Shown here piece after piece: positions 10,414-22,100 of a stretch of DNA of 64,000 nt; positions within the stretch are counted from its first letter, which is position 1, and the number at the start of each line of letters is the position of its first letter. The notes below the pieces were generated by a model. The model searched no databases. It was given only the letters and a program-made list of their open reading frames with translations, and had not been told where the DNA came from. Where the stretch lies: assembly GCA_043228905.1 (NCBI GenBank), contig JBHGNT010000014.1, positions 4,836,001 to 4,900,000 on the forward strand, read 5' to 3'. The stretch is from Azolla caroliniana (taxonomy: Eukaryota; Plantae; Polypodiophyta). The position numbers and the translations under genes are program-made.

Positions 10414-13280
10414 TCCATACATGCATATCTTCTTAAATTAAGAAATGCACTGTAAGGGTTGGGTTGAACCCATGACCACTGTTTTTGGGCAAAGTCTCTA
10501 TAGCCCCTGTTAGAAATTTTCCTTGCTTTTAAATAACCTAACCAGAATTTAAATATATTTCAATCATCCACTTTCCTACAAGCAATAATGTCAACTGGAA
10601 CATGTTGAAAAAAACAAAATTACCGCATACCAAATCTAATAACTTTTTTTTAGTGCAATACCAAATCAAATCAATCACAAGAATTTGGGATCCAATAAAG
10701 TATATATGTATACATAGAACATAATATTCATGTTCGTGGAAGCATTCAAACGTTTGGAAATGAACACGTTTGAAAAGGGAAAAATACGTGTTCCTTTTTT
10801 TTTTACTTTTTTTACTTCTCTCTCCCTCTCTCTTTCTCTTTCTCTCTCTCCTCCTCCTCATGAATCTTCTTCTGCTACTCATGATCAGAACGCCACTCAT
10901 CCACCATATCTTGGTGGTCACGATTTCTTCAACCATTCTGTTGTGTTTCTTGATCCTCCTTCCCACCTAGTCTACAGGTATGGCTATGGAGATCTTCTTT
11001 ACAACGATTCTGCCGCCAAGCCATGGATGCAATGCAACATGGCTTCTGCTACATCTCAGCCTCCTCAGTATAATTCATGGGGAGCGATGTGGAGCTCTGG
11101 GAAGCAGGTCTAGCTCGTGATCGTGGAGAGGATGAGGGAGGAGATCCTTAGAGCCAGGGACATGCTCAAAGCCAACATTAATCTCAAGAACAACATGATG
11201 ATGAGCAAGAAGAACAGAAGCTTGATCCACCATGTCAATGAGAATCAGATGCCATAACCAAATGAATCATAGTCGTGGTGATCCTTAGAATCAGATGAAT
11301 CATAATCATGGACCATGGTGATCCTCAGAAACAAAAATAGAATCAGAGTCATCATGATGATGGTGGTGATCATAACAATAGGAAGAATCTGAGGGGGACG
11401 AAGAGAAGGAAGGTGAATGGTCCTGGTAATATTGCCATAGAAGTTGAAGCTTTAGCTAATAGCCCATAACACCTGCTACGCTCTTGCTCTTTCTCCCTCT
11501 TTCTCTCTCTTTCTAACGTTTATTAGTGTAATAATTTCTAAACTATTGAAAGTTGATGACATGTGATTCAATCAATACCATTCTTATCTATCCAATCCAA
11601 CGTTGAGATGATTTACCATACACGTATGATTAAAATCATTCTCAAATGCAAATGCACGTATGATACGTATGGTTCATTCTATGTATGTATATATGATCAA
11701 GGGAAAAAAAGAGAAAGACAAGAAATTGTGCATGAATTTCATGTTCACATTCAAAAGAGACGTATCCCATCCTTAGTGTCATTGTTACTAGTCTTAGATC
11801 ACTCCAAGAACCTCTAACATCCATTGATATGTGGAGAAGACATTCCAAATAGACAGTGGACATTCTATGAAGCACATATGCTCACCTTCCCCTACTTGCC
11901 TCGGCCTCTACATAGATGAGGTAGGAACATGGAGATGGGAACTAAAGAGAGAACTCCGACATCAACTTTCAAGAATTGCATGGAACCAAGGAAAAAAGTT
12001 GAAAAGACACACAAAATCAAAATGTTGCACATGCATAGATGCTATAGTAAATTGGGGATGCAATATGTTTGCTTAATTAGGATGGCTTTGTGATTGAGAC
12101 ATTTCTGTAATGCCAATGTATGATAGCTTGGGAAAGATGTGGATGTTCATGCGTCACACAATCTATTGCATATGTTGCACCCTCTTATAAAACCACATTC
12201 TTCTTTCAATGTCTAGTAACGCATATGCTCTAGCACCTATCCACAAATCTCAATTCCATTCAACTTACATCACCTTTTGTTCAATACGAGACAAGGTGTT
12301 GACAGTTGTGGCACCAACGATAAGCCACATTCATCATCATAGGTTTTAAACTAAGATTGTGAATCAAGAGTATCACAATCTATTACAATGTTCCACCTTG
12401 ATTTGAACTCAAGTTTGTTTTCACCCAAAATGTCAACAATGACACATTTGAGTTTGCTTTACCATCCCAATATGCATTGTTAAATGCAACATTCATCGTT
12501 TTATTTCTTGAACGTCAAAATCAATTCTCCACTTTAATATATAGTAGTCATATTTGGTCTTTGAGATAAATGTTTTAATTATCATAGAAATGCCTTGTAT
12601 TCCCAACAATCCATAATGGCATCTAGCAAATCCAACAATTTTGATTTAAATTATTACAATCCATATTCGTTTTTAATAGTGGAAATTATATTATTCAAAC
12701 AAAGAGAAACTGAGAGAAAAATATATTCAAACAGAGAGAAATCGACAGTAAAACAAAGAGAATTACAGAGTAAGAAAAATAGGCAAAATACATACCTTAG
12801 AGCTGTGAGCAAGAGATGTCGCGTAATCCGTGAGTAGTGAGCAACGAGCAACGAGCTATGACCTACGAGGTACGAGGTACGAGCAACCAACAACTAGGAA
12901 ATCATATGACAAACATGCGCAAAGAGGGAAAAAAAGGGGGAAAGAAACATAATAACATTTTTCTTTTACCTTTTTTTTTCAAAACTATATAAATATCCGG
13001 TTCAAAAAATATGAACCGGCTAGATTCCAGTTGGTAGGAAAACCTACTTGGAGTCAATTTTGGCTGTCCACCACATTGGCCGGCAAAAGTCCCCCAATGT
13101 AACCTCTTGGTTTCCTTTGGCCAACTGAGCTATATCCATCAAAGCAATATAATATCTCTCTCTCTCACACTTGTTTATTGTAATTAGCTTAGCTATTACA
13201 CTTCTAGCACTACATCTTGGGTTCAAAATCCAACTTTATCATCTCTCTATTACCCTATACATATTTTTTAATTCACTAAA

Positions 13281-13470
13281 TGCCAGTGTGGAATGTAGGG
13301 ATTGAACCCATGACCTCATAGTCTCCATCGAGCAACCTTACCAACTCTCTCTCTTTCTTTTTTATCGTAATTAGCTTACCATCACTAATTTCACTAGATG
13401 CCAAATTGGACTGTAGGGGTTGAATCCATGACCACTTGGTCTCCATTGGGCAACCTTACCAACTAAGCTC
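13281..13470 (-). mobile_element. Two tandem tRNA-derived SINE-like heads
   Basis: Minus strand 13470-13399 reads gagcttagttggtaaggttgccc..ggtcatggattcaacccc (A-box and B-box-like). A second copy lies at 13346-13281 (catgggttcaatccc), and a B-box-only remnant at about 10455-10480. Confidence 0.5.
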
Positions 13471-13509
13471 CATCCATCTAGGCTCTCTCTCTCTCTCTGC
13501 CTCTCTCTC

Positions 13510-13737
13510 AAGGATGCAAGAGGATATACAAATGTATAACCGCTCTTCTAGCGATGAAAAAGATCCGAACCAAATTGGGAAGTTACTTCGACAAATGTGT
13601 AATAGTACCGAATTGCTTATTGCAAATGGTGTCTCCTTATGGCCCAACACTAATGGTTTACATGTAGAAAACATAATGAAAATAGTGTAATTGACTATGT
13701 GTTATTTTCTAAAGGTATTTTGGATCGTATACATAAA
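13510..13737 (+). mobile_element. LINE AP-endonuclease fragment, interrupted by Copia LTR
   Basis: RSSSDEKDPNQIGKLLRQMCNSTELLIANG..WPNT, then after a frameshift SVIDYVLFSKG: the N..G..L...C....L.I.NG and S.IDY motifs of APE domains. Confidence 0.7.
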
Positions 13738-13921
13738 TGTTGAGTAAACAAGCTCAATCGGATTCGGATCGGAGTTTGGATCAAACAACCGGATCGGTGT
13801 CTGGAACCAGGAGCCGGATCGAAGAGTTGGATTGTAATCCGAATTAGTATTAACCGGTAGGTCGTTAGAGGCCTACGAAATACAGCCTAGTATGTTGGCA
13901 TATGGGAGTCTGTGTCAGTCG

Positions 13922-14166
13922 TGTTGGGAATTCGGTCCCTTCGGATCGGACGAGCCGAAGGAAGGAACCAGAACGGATGCAACAACCAGACCAGACCGGA
14001 AGGTATCCGGATGGATCCGGTTCACCCAGGGTCATATATGCAAATATGTTTCGAGTGTGCCTGTAAAGGCCATATTTGTAAATAGTCTTAAAGTCATATA
14101 AGTATAAATATGACGTAGGGCAATCACTTTGAAAAAATAATGTTGTTAGTTGTATCATTGTTGTGC

Positions 14167-14227
<61 letters not shown>

Positions 14228-14492
14228 AAGTTGAACCAATTTTTGTTGTAACCGCCGGTTGGCGAAGATACAGAGCTCGAGGTTGTTGCCTCAGAGTCTT
14301 CAATTGTACTCTTTTCTCCTATAGTGATAGTTAGAGTCTATGGGCTCCCGTGGTTTTTCTCTATCAGGGTTTTCCACGTAAACATCATGTGTCCTCTCTA
14401 TTGTTTATAGAAGTGCATCAATCTCCATTTCAGTTTGTTCTCTTCCATTGGTTCTTTAAGACTCGGTTGTGACCAAGCGTTATTTCCATACA
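13922..14492 (+). mobile_element. Solo LTR (Tork/Tnt1-like family related to 23128-28562) with 5-bp TSD AGTCG
   Basis: Starts tgttgggaattcggtccc and ends ctcggttgtgaccaagcgttatttccataca, matching both ends of the intact Copia LTR. AGTCG at 13917-13921 and 14493-14497. Contains (AG)n at about 14169-14222. Confidence 0.9.
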
Positions 14493-15999
14493 AGTCGCTC
14501 GTATGAGCATTGAAGTACATGTTAGTACTTCTGTCAATCATTTTATAGACTTGTATAAAAGTGCTCACTGAGCACATTGTATGTACAGAGTGTTATTATT
14601 TTGAATTGAGTTTACTTCTCTGTTTTCTCTGTCTCTCCCGCGTACTTTCTTTGTGTGACTAAGCTTTCCATTAAACATGTGCATATTCTTTGTTGCTATT
14701 CGGTGAAGCCGGTTTCATCTACAAGCTTCCGTACGCTACTTTTTACATGGTATCAGAGCATGAGGGTTGAGAACCTTTGCTGCCAACATGTGATTTCCAT
14801 AGACGAACCCTAACTTCTAGAAAAGCACAGACTGAAAAGAAAAGAAATGGATAGAGGGATGGCAAGCTCGCTCCTAACGGAGAAACTCGACATGAATAAC
14901 TACGCATCTTGGTCTTACAAGATGCGCCAATATCTACTTGGACACGGATACTGGAGCTATGTTGAGGGAGTGAACGAAGTAGCATTGGATCTGGCACACA
15001 AGGACTTCCCATGATGGGAACAAGGACCATGCCGAGTGCGATATTGTACTGTCTTGGGTCCTGTGTGCACGACCAGATGCTCAACGACATCAAGGATACA
15101 AAAATGCCAAAAGAAGCTTGGGAGAATCTGAAGAAGATTTTTGCGGCAAGCACAACGGCCCAAAAGTTGTAGCTCGGTCAAGAGCTCAACAATATCCAAC
15201 AGCGGGACATGTCAGTTACTGACTACAACACCAAAATAAAGGAGATCTATGACGCGCTAAGAAGAAATGGTCCAGATCTCCCTTGGTGGTCTAGCACAAT
15301 GGTACGGGCCAATCCGGATGGCGATTTGCACCCGGGAGAAACCACTGTCCTTCTTCGGTTTACAATCGATGCTGATGGTCGAAGAAAACCATGGGAGTGG
15401 GTTGAGGACCACTCAACCAGATGTTGTACATGGAGGCGGATCGGCCCCGTGGGCATGGGGGATGAGGTGGGTTGGCACACAATAGTGATGGCCGACAAGA
15501 GTAGAACCAGAGGCACAGAGATAGTGTCAACAACAGTTCCAGACCCTCCACAAGCAAGGGCAGTCAAATCGGGGCTGGAAACTGGCAAGGAAAAGCCGAC
15601 ACAGAATGTTGGTATTGTGGCAAGAAAGGCTACCGAGAGAGCGAGTGCTAGAAGAAGCGCTCCAATTTGGACAAATCCGGATCCGACAAGACTGGACAAG
15701 GGAATCGACAAAGCTCACACTATGCCAAAGGATAAGAAGAATCCGAAACTGGAAAAGGGCCAACCTTTGTGATGAAACACAAGGCAAACTCGATCGAAGG
15801 AAGTGTAGTATGTTGATTCCGGAGCATCTAATCACATGAATAGCCACAAAGAGTGGTTCTCGTTTTTGGAAAATCCGGAGCAATCGGGAGTTGTCAAAAC
15901 CGGAGACGACACTCCTCACCCAATCGAGCATGTCAAAGAAGTTCCCTCGAGTCATGTTGGACAAAAGGGAAAGTTAATGAATGTTTTACGTGTTCCATC

Positions 16000-16305
16000 C
16001 ATAGATTGACATATTCGCATTTGTGGGGTTTCCCATTCGAATGCAAACAAATACGAATACGAATGGGTAGTCAAGTATTCGTTAATTAAAATAAGTTTCA
16101 TAAACTCTCTTGACACTATAATCTATTAATGAATAATTGTTTTTTTTTTGGCGAAATACATTTATTTAAATAAATAAATAAATTTTTATATTTATTTTAC
16201 AAAACGAATGGTTTTTTAATATTCTTGGGGCCATTTTGTATTCTCGAATATTGAGAATATTGCACATGGAGAATATCACGAATATCACGCATGTGTCAAT
16301 CTATG
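16000..16305. mobile_element. hAT-type MITE, TIR CATAGATTGACA, 8-bp TSD
   Basis: Starts catagattgaca and ends tgtcaatctatg. Flanks are gttccatc (15992-15999) and gttccaac (16306-16313). Removing it restores the Copia pol reading NVLRVPTITKNLVSI. Confidence 0.85.
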
Positions 16306-16611
16306 GTTCCAACAATCACAAAGAACCTAGTGTCAATCGAACAGATCGTCGACCAGGGGGTGCAAGTGTAATTTACGCACCTCGGGTGCTTCATCGAGGA
16401 AGAGGGCTAGATCATCGCGCAAGGGCGTCAAGACGAGAGGATGTTTATCCTCGACACCAATGACACCGACACTGGTCTATTTGCCAAAGGACAAAAAGTC
16501 GAGTCAGACATTGATTTATGGCACAAGCGAATAGGCCACGTCAACTACCAAAGGCTTCAAGATCTACAATCGAAACAAGTTGTTTCCGGATTGCCGAAAT
16601 TTAGTGGCCGG

Positions 16612-17594
16612 TGTCGTGAAAATTTTCGGCAATGGTGTGAAAATTGTGTGCAACGAACGAAATCGAGAAGGTGCAATGTGCATGTGTGAAAGGGGTGAAG
16701 GCACGCATATGCTAGCATGTTGTAAATAGGACTGAAATGAGAATGATAAAAGAAAAGCTAGATGCAAAGTTAAACATGTGCACGTGTGATGTGCACTCAA
16801 TTGTAAATATAAAAATAAGACTAAAGCCTAATAACATTTAAGTACATACATAGGGGTGGAACAAGGCTTGAACCTTGCACCTCCAAGATAAGAGACAAAT
16901 TAACTTACCACTAAAGCCAATGCAAAGTGCTTTAGAATTTGTATATTTTCTTTTCATATTCAATATTTTGTAGGAAGCAAACATATAGAAACAGTGGGCA
17001 CAAAAACCATGGTTTTAGCCCATGGTTTTAGCTCGTGGTTTTAGCCCATGGTTCCGTGGGTTTAGCCCATGGTTTTTGCATGGAGAGACCTATAAAATCC
17101 TATAGTTGGGCTTGTGTTGGGAAGGAAATGATGTAAGTAAAAAAGAAACTTTTAATCAAAGATCTGAGTTATCCTAATGGTGATGTATCTTGTCTCGTAA
17201 AACTAAAGTAAAGGGTTCAATCTCTCTCTCTCTCTCTCTTCATCCATCTATCTATCTTCAATACTTTCTCGCTTACGCTGCTAAAAACATCAAATCCTTC
17301 CGGTCCAGGACCCCGATGGTCCCACTTCATTTCGCGAACACGCGAGGATTTCCTCGACATCTTACTTGGTGAACCCGACATGAAGAAGTGGTAGGAAAGA
17401 TCAAGAGGAGGATCGACCAATACTTGGAGATGACATCCTCAAGCAATCAAGTGGGAGGATTCGAACAAATGGTGAGATCTTGGGACAACGATGCGAGCGT
17501 GGAGAAGGTCGTCAATCGTGTCGTGGAGGTCGAGGGTCAATTTGATGGAAGGAACATTACGAAGTTCCTAGATGTATACAAAAGGGAGATGAAT
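16612..17594 (+). mobile_element. Ty3/Gypsy-like element C: 5' LTR (16612-17380) plus gag start, truncated
   Basis: TGTCGTG..CCCGACA termini, a TATA (cctataaaa at about 17089), and 13-bp ccatggttttagc repeats at about 17006-17078. Followed by gag-like ..EGQFDGRNITKFLDVYKREMN. Confidence 0.6.
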
Positions 17595-17630
17595 TGTTGA
17601 GAGATCAAGCTCAACTTAGTTAGTTAGTGA
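17595..17630 (+). mobile_element. Stub of a Copia-A-family LTR 5' end
   Basis: tgttgagagatcaagctcaac resembles the LTR starts tgttgagtaaacaagctcaatc (13738) and tgttgagcggcaagctcaacc (63315, minus strand). Confidence 0.5.
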
Positions 17631-18132
17631 CCACTTTGCCGTTCGGGTTCCGGTTGTGTTTCAACTGGCCGCTCTTGTTCTGCTTGTTCTTAGCCGGCTA
17701 AGGAAGGTCGCACATGCCTTACCAGTGCGTTTTGGGGCTTGCCGTTTCTTGACCCGCCGGTATTGCCTGTTGTGCAGGGGCTTCTGAGACCGGTTCCTCC
17801 CTTGGCGTGGGATTCTCAGTGTGGGGTAAAGGCGTTCCATCCTTCTGTGGGTCCGAACGCTTCCCAGCTGATTCTGCGGTGCTCGTCGTCGGCCGCCGCT
17901 AGAGGTGCTCCGTAGGTTCTTCCTCCGTTTCCTCCTCCTGAGTCCCGACATTCATTCTTGCCGCCAGGGTGTCCGTTTCTTGCTGCACCGGTCGACGGAG
18001 TGTGCTCTTCAGGGGCCGTGCTAGTGTCTCCTCCTGCGTGTCCGTCGGCTGCTTCCGGATGGCGTGCTCCTTCGCTGCCTACTCCGTGTCGGCTGTCTTC
18101 CCCTTAGTGGTCTTGGTGGCCAACAGCTACTG

Positions 18133-18981
18133 TCATTTTGAAGCAGCTTTCGGGGTGTCGTCCGTTACTCTTCCCCGCTTCTTGGTCTGGACGGGCTCGA
18201 TAGGTGGCGCCAATAGGGTGAGCCATTGCGCCACTGCATGCCATATTTTCCAGCCTTCTTTGGCTTCCTTACCTCTTATGGTGTCAATAGCCGCACACAA
18301 TCCGTCAGCGATCAGCACCGGCCAATCCACCTTGACCCCTTCGTATGTTGCAATGATCAAGCCTGCTCGGTTCTGAGGCATAACGGGGGGTTGAGGGTAT
18401 ACGTGGCCGAACTCACGGAGTACACGGGAAATTTCTCGGAATAACATATCTTCTCCACCTTGTGTCCTGTAGCCCTTGCTGGCCAGAGAATACTCGCCGA
18501 AGTATTTGATGAGCCGTTCGGAGGTAGGGTTGTCAATAGTATAGATGCCCCCCTCCGGAAGGCCTGTTAGTGCCCGAATCACTTCCTCCGTGATCAGCTC
18601 GGTGTCAATTTCTTTGATGATCTTGTCGACTTCCTTGTGTAGTGGTGCTTCCATGATTGTGAGGAACCCCTCCAATCCGTGTTGTCGTAGCCATTTCTTG
18701 GCGGCCTTAGAGAGAGTCTGGCAGTCCATGTCTACGTCGAGGTCAGACAGCGTTGGTGAGGGTTGTGTATGAGGAAGCTCTGTGTGAGGGGGCTCTGTGT
18801 GAGGAAGCTCTGTGGGTGTTGGCTCTCTTTTGATGATCTTCAAGCGCCTGTGTGCGTTTGTGCTCCTTGGTTTGCAAAAGAAGAAGGTCTCGATGCGAGG
18901 GGGGTTTTCTCTTTGTATCTTGGCGCCTTTTTCGAGCCTACGCGTGTGCAAGTCGTGTACTATAATAGCATTACGTGCCAT
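18133..18981 (-). CDS. Extra sense ORF 3' of pol in Gypsy B, Plant Mobile Domain/TR28-like
   Basis: Separate ORF after the integrase stop (19151). Motifs ITEEVIRALTGLPEGG and GVKVDWPVLI resemble PMD/TR28-type TE ORFs (recalled, not searched). Downstream in-frame stops are CGA->TGA / CAG->TAG type. Confidence 0.55.
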   Translation of the reverse strand: MARNAIIVHDLHTRRLEKGAKIQRENPPRIETFFFCKPRSTNAHRRLKIIKREPTPTELPHTEPPHTELPHTQPSPTLSDLDVDMDCQTLSKAAKKWLRQHGLEGFLTIMEAPLHKEVDKIIKEIDTELITEEVIRALTGLPEGGIYTIDNPTSERLIKYFGEYSLASKGYRTQGGEDMLFREISRVLREFGHVYPQPPVMPQNRAGLIIATYEGVKVDWPVLIADGLCAAIDTIRGKEAKEGWKIWHAVAQWLTLLAPPIEPVQTKKRGRVTDDTPKAASK

Positions 18982-19150
18982 GTGGCGGTGGTTTAATGCC
19001 CTATTCATAGCCCCCTCGTACCTTTTCGAAGTGCCTCTTTACTCCTCGTTTGCATGGCCATTCACACCACTCCTTTGCATGATTTCTTTGATTCATTTCG
19101 ATTTTTTTTTGTTTTTTATTTATTTTTTATTTTTAATATCAATTGTTAGG

Positions 19151-22100
19151 TTAATTCGTCTCCGGTCCTCTCGGACCCTTACTCGAATGAGGAATCTTGC
19201 CGGCCTCGTGACGGTTTGTCGTCCTCTTATCCAACCCGTGTGCCGGCTCTTTGTCCCCCTTACCGGCTTCGTTGTTGCCGATTGCTAATCGGGTTGCCGT
19301 TGTTTCCAGTATGCCGGTATCTGGTTCGGCATTGGCCTTTCCTTGTTCAAATGGGTTCCTCAGCATGGGTTCCTTGTATGGATTTAGTCGAAATCCGTTG
19401 ACCCACTTACCCAGGACTTCGTCGGCAAGTGTCCCTAATTGGTAGAATCCATTGAACTCCCGTGTGATCCAGTACGGTCCGGTCCACCGAAACCGTAGTT
19501 TCCCCGGCATCTTTCCCATCCGGCTCTGGAACACTAGTACCATCTTGCCGATTCCAAACATCTTTTCATTTCCTTTTCGGTGGCGATCCACAAACGCCTT
19601 TCTTCGCCGCTGCTCTAGTTCCAGGTGCATGATACTCGCTAGTCGGTGTTCTTCTAGTTCACACAGAGCTGCTAACTGAATTGCCTCCGATTCCTTATCG
19701 TTTAATCGTTCCCTAATCTGAATCCGTAAGCTCGGGACCTGGAACTCTACTGGCATGACGGCCTCCAATCCGAATGCTAGCCGGAACGGTGTGGTTTGGA
19801 TGCTTGTTTTGTAGGTTGTCCGGTAAGCCCAGAGTGCGTTGTGCAACTTTGTATCCCAGTCTGTCTGGTTTTTGTTGACGATTTTCCGAAGGATATTTTG
19901 TAGCGTTTTGTTCGTCGACTCGGCTAACCCGTTTGCTTGTGGATAGTATGGCGTGCTCCGTTTATGCACCATGGCATAGAACGACGTCAAGCTTTCCACC
20001 ACTTGGTCAATTATTAGCTCGATCGGGCATCCATACCTGCACCAGATGTATTCATACAAGAATTTCGCCGTCGACGCCGCGGTGTTGTCGCGCAAGGCTT
20101 TGGCTTCTACCCATTTCGTGCAGTAATCCGTAGCTACGATCACATACCGGTTGCCGGTTCTCATTGTCGGTGGTTTGAATGGACCCACAAAATCCAACCC
20201 CCATTTCTGAAATGGTTCTAATAGCAGTTCCGGCTGGTGCGGCATCATAGCTTGTTCGGTTGGCTGGCCCATTCGCTGACATAGATCGCATTCTTTAGCA
20301 TACCGGACCGCGTCTTTCAATGTTGTCGGCCACCATAGGCCACTCTGCCATATCTTCCTTGCCGTAGCATCTCCAGCGTAATGGCCTCCGGCGACTCCGC
20401 AATGTGCTTCTCGTAGTATTATATCCTTCTCGTCGCTACGCACCGCCCGTCGCCATATACCGTCTGCGCCTTTGTGGTATAGGCTAAGCGTGTCCCGTAA
20501 TAAACAGAAGTGCCGTCTTTGTACCGCCAGGCGTTTCCTCTCGTCACGGTTCATCTCCTCCGGAGGCAATCCGGTGCTCAGAAATTGTTGCATATTCATT
20601 AGCCACTTATCTTCTTGTGCCACCGTTTCAACTGTTGTCGTTTCCGCGGTGACTCGAAATAGCTCAGCATCCGGAAACTCGTCCGGGACTCTGTCACCAG
20701 TCTCGCCGGAATCTAACCGGCTCAAATAGTCTGCTACTGCGTGCTGTATGCCGGGTTGGTGGAATATTTCGAACTCAAATTCCTGCAACAGTAACGTCCA
20801 CCATGCCAACTTACCGGTTAGTGACGCTTTGGAAACTAAATAGAGGAGTGCCGAATGATCTACGTGGAAGGAAAATTTCCTTCCCAACAAATAATGTCTG
20901 AATTTTGTCATGTTGTAGATCATGCCCAAAGCTTCCCTTTCCGTGGTGGAATAATTTCGTTCGGCTTGGGATAACTTTCGGCTTGCGTAATATATGGGCC
21001 GGTACCACCTTGGCTCCGTAAGTTGCATCAACGCACTTCCGATTGCATTGTCGGACGCATCCACGAACACATGAAACTCATTTGCCCAATCCGGGGGTTG
21101 CACTACCGACGCTTGCGACAATAGTACTTTGAGTGCCCGGTACGCCTTGTCTTCGGTGTCGGTCCACTAGAACGGTGTTCGGTGTACCACAGCATGCAGT
21201 GGTGTAGCTAGGTCCGGCAGATACCGGAGCATTCGGCTATGCCACCGGATTTGGCCTAAGAAACGACTTAATGCTTTGGCCGTTGTTGGTGCCGGTGCCT
21301 CCAAGATTGCTTTTACTTTGTCCGAGTCCACAACAATTCCTTCCTTGCTCACAATGTGTCCTAATAGCACCCCGCTTGACACTCCGAATACACATTTTGT
21401 CGGATTCAAGCTTAGCCGGTAAGCCCGACATTTCTCTAGACACAGTCGGAGGTGCTGAAAGTGATCTGTTTTCCGGCTATAGACGGCGAAGTCATCCAGA
21501 TACACCTGCATGAATGTCGGTATGAATTCTCCGAATATTTCCATGATGATCCTCTGGAACGTTGCCGGCACCGTTTTTAGTCCAAACATCATTACTACGG
21601 CAACAAACACTCCCATTCGGTGACGAAAGTCATTTTCTCCTGGTCATCGGGGTGCATCCGGATATGGTTGTATCCGCTGAATCTGTCTAAGAAATTGTAT
21701 ACCTCATGGCCGGCGACTGCGTCCAAAACTCCATCCGTAAATGGGAGTGGGAATGCATCTGTTACCGTCGCCGCATTAAGCTTACGGTAGTCGACACAAA
21801 CTCTAATTTTGTCGTTTTTCTTTGGTACGACTACTATTGGGCTTAGCCATGTAGATTTCTTTACTGGGCGGATAAAGCCAACCCTCAGTAACTTGTCGAT
21901 TTCCTCCTTGACTTTGGCGGCGTAATTTGGATTCATCCGATACCGTCGTTGTGCCTTTGCTCAAATGTATCTGATGTTGATATAGCTGAGGATCGAGCCC
22001 TCGCATATCCTCGTAAGACCAGGCAAACACGTCCCGAAATTCTTTGAGAAGTGTAATCATCGCCGTTTTGTTCTCCGGAGTCATTTCCTTAGCGATGTGC

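Larger units (their letters stand above)
13738..16611 (+). mobile_element. Decayed Ty1/Copia element A, 5' part (LTR, PBS, gag, protease, GAG-pre-integrase), 3'-truncated
   Basis: LTR TGTTGAG (13738)..TTTTACA (14747), split by a solo LTR. PBS tggtatcagagc (iMet) at 14748. Frameshifted gag with zinc knuckle CWYCGKKGYRESEC, protease YVDSGASNHM, and DLWHKRIGHVN. The LTR is homologous to 62929-63315. Confidence 0.85.

Noticed and set aside
11540-12600. Possible Mutator/SWIM transposase remnant (also 38000-38900 and 61960-62900)
   Set aside because: I could not recover a convincing catalytic or zinc-finger motif in any frame by eye; this needs a profile search.
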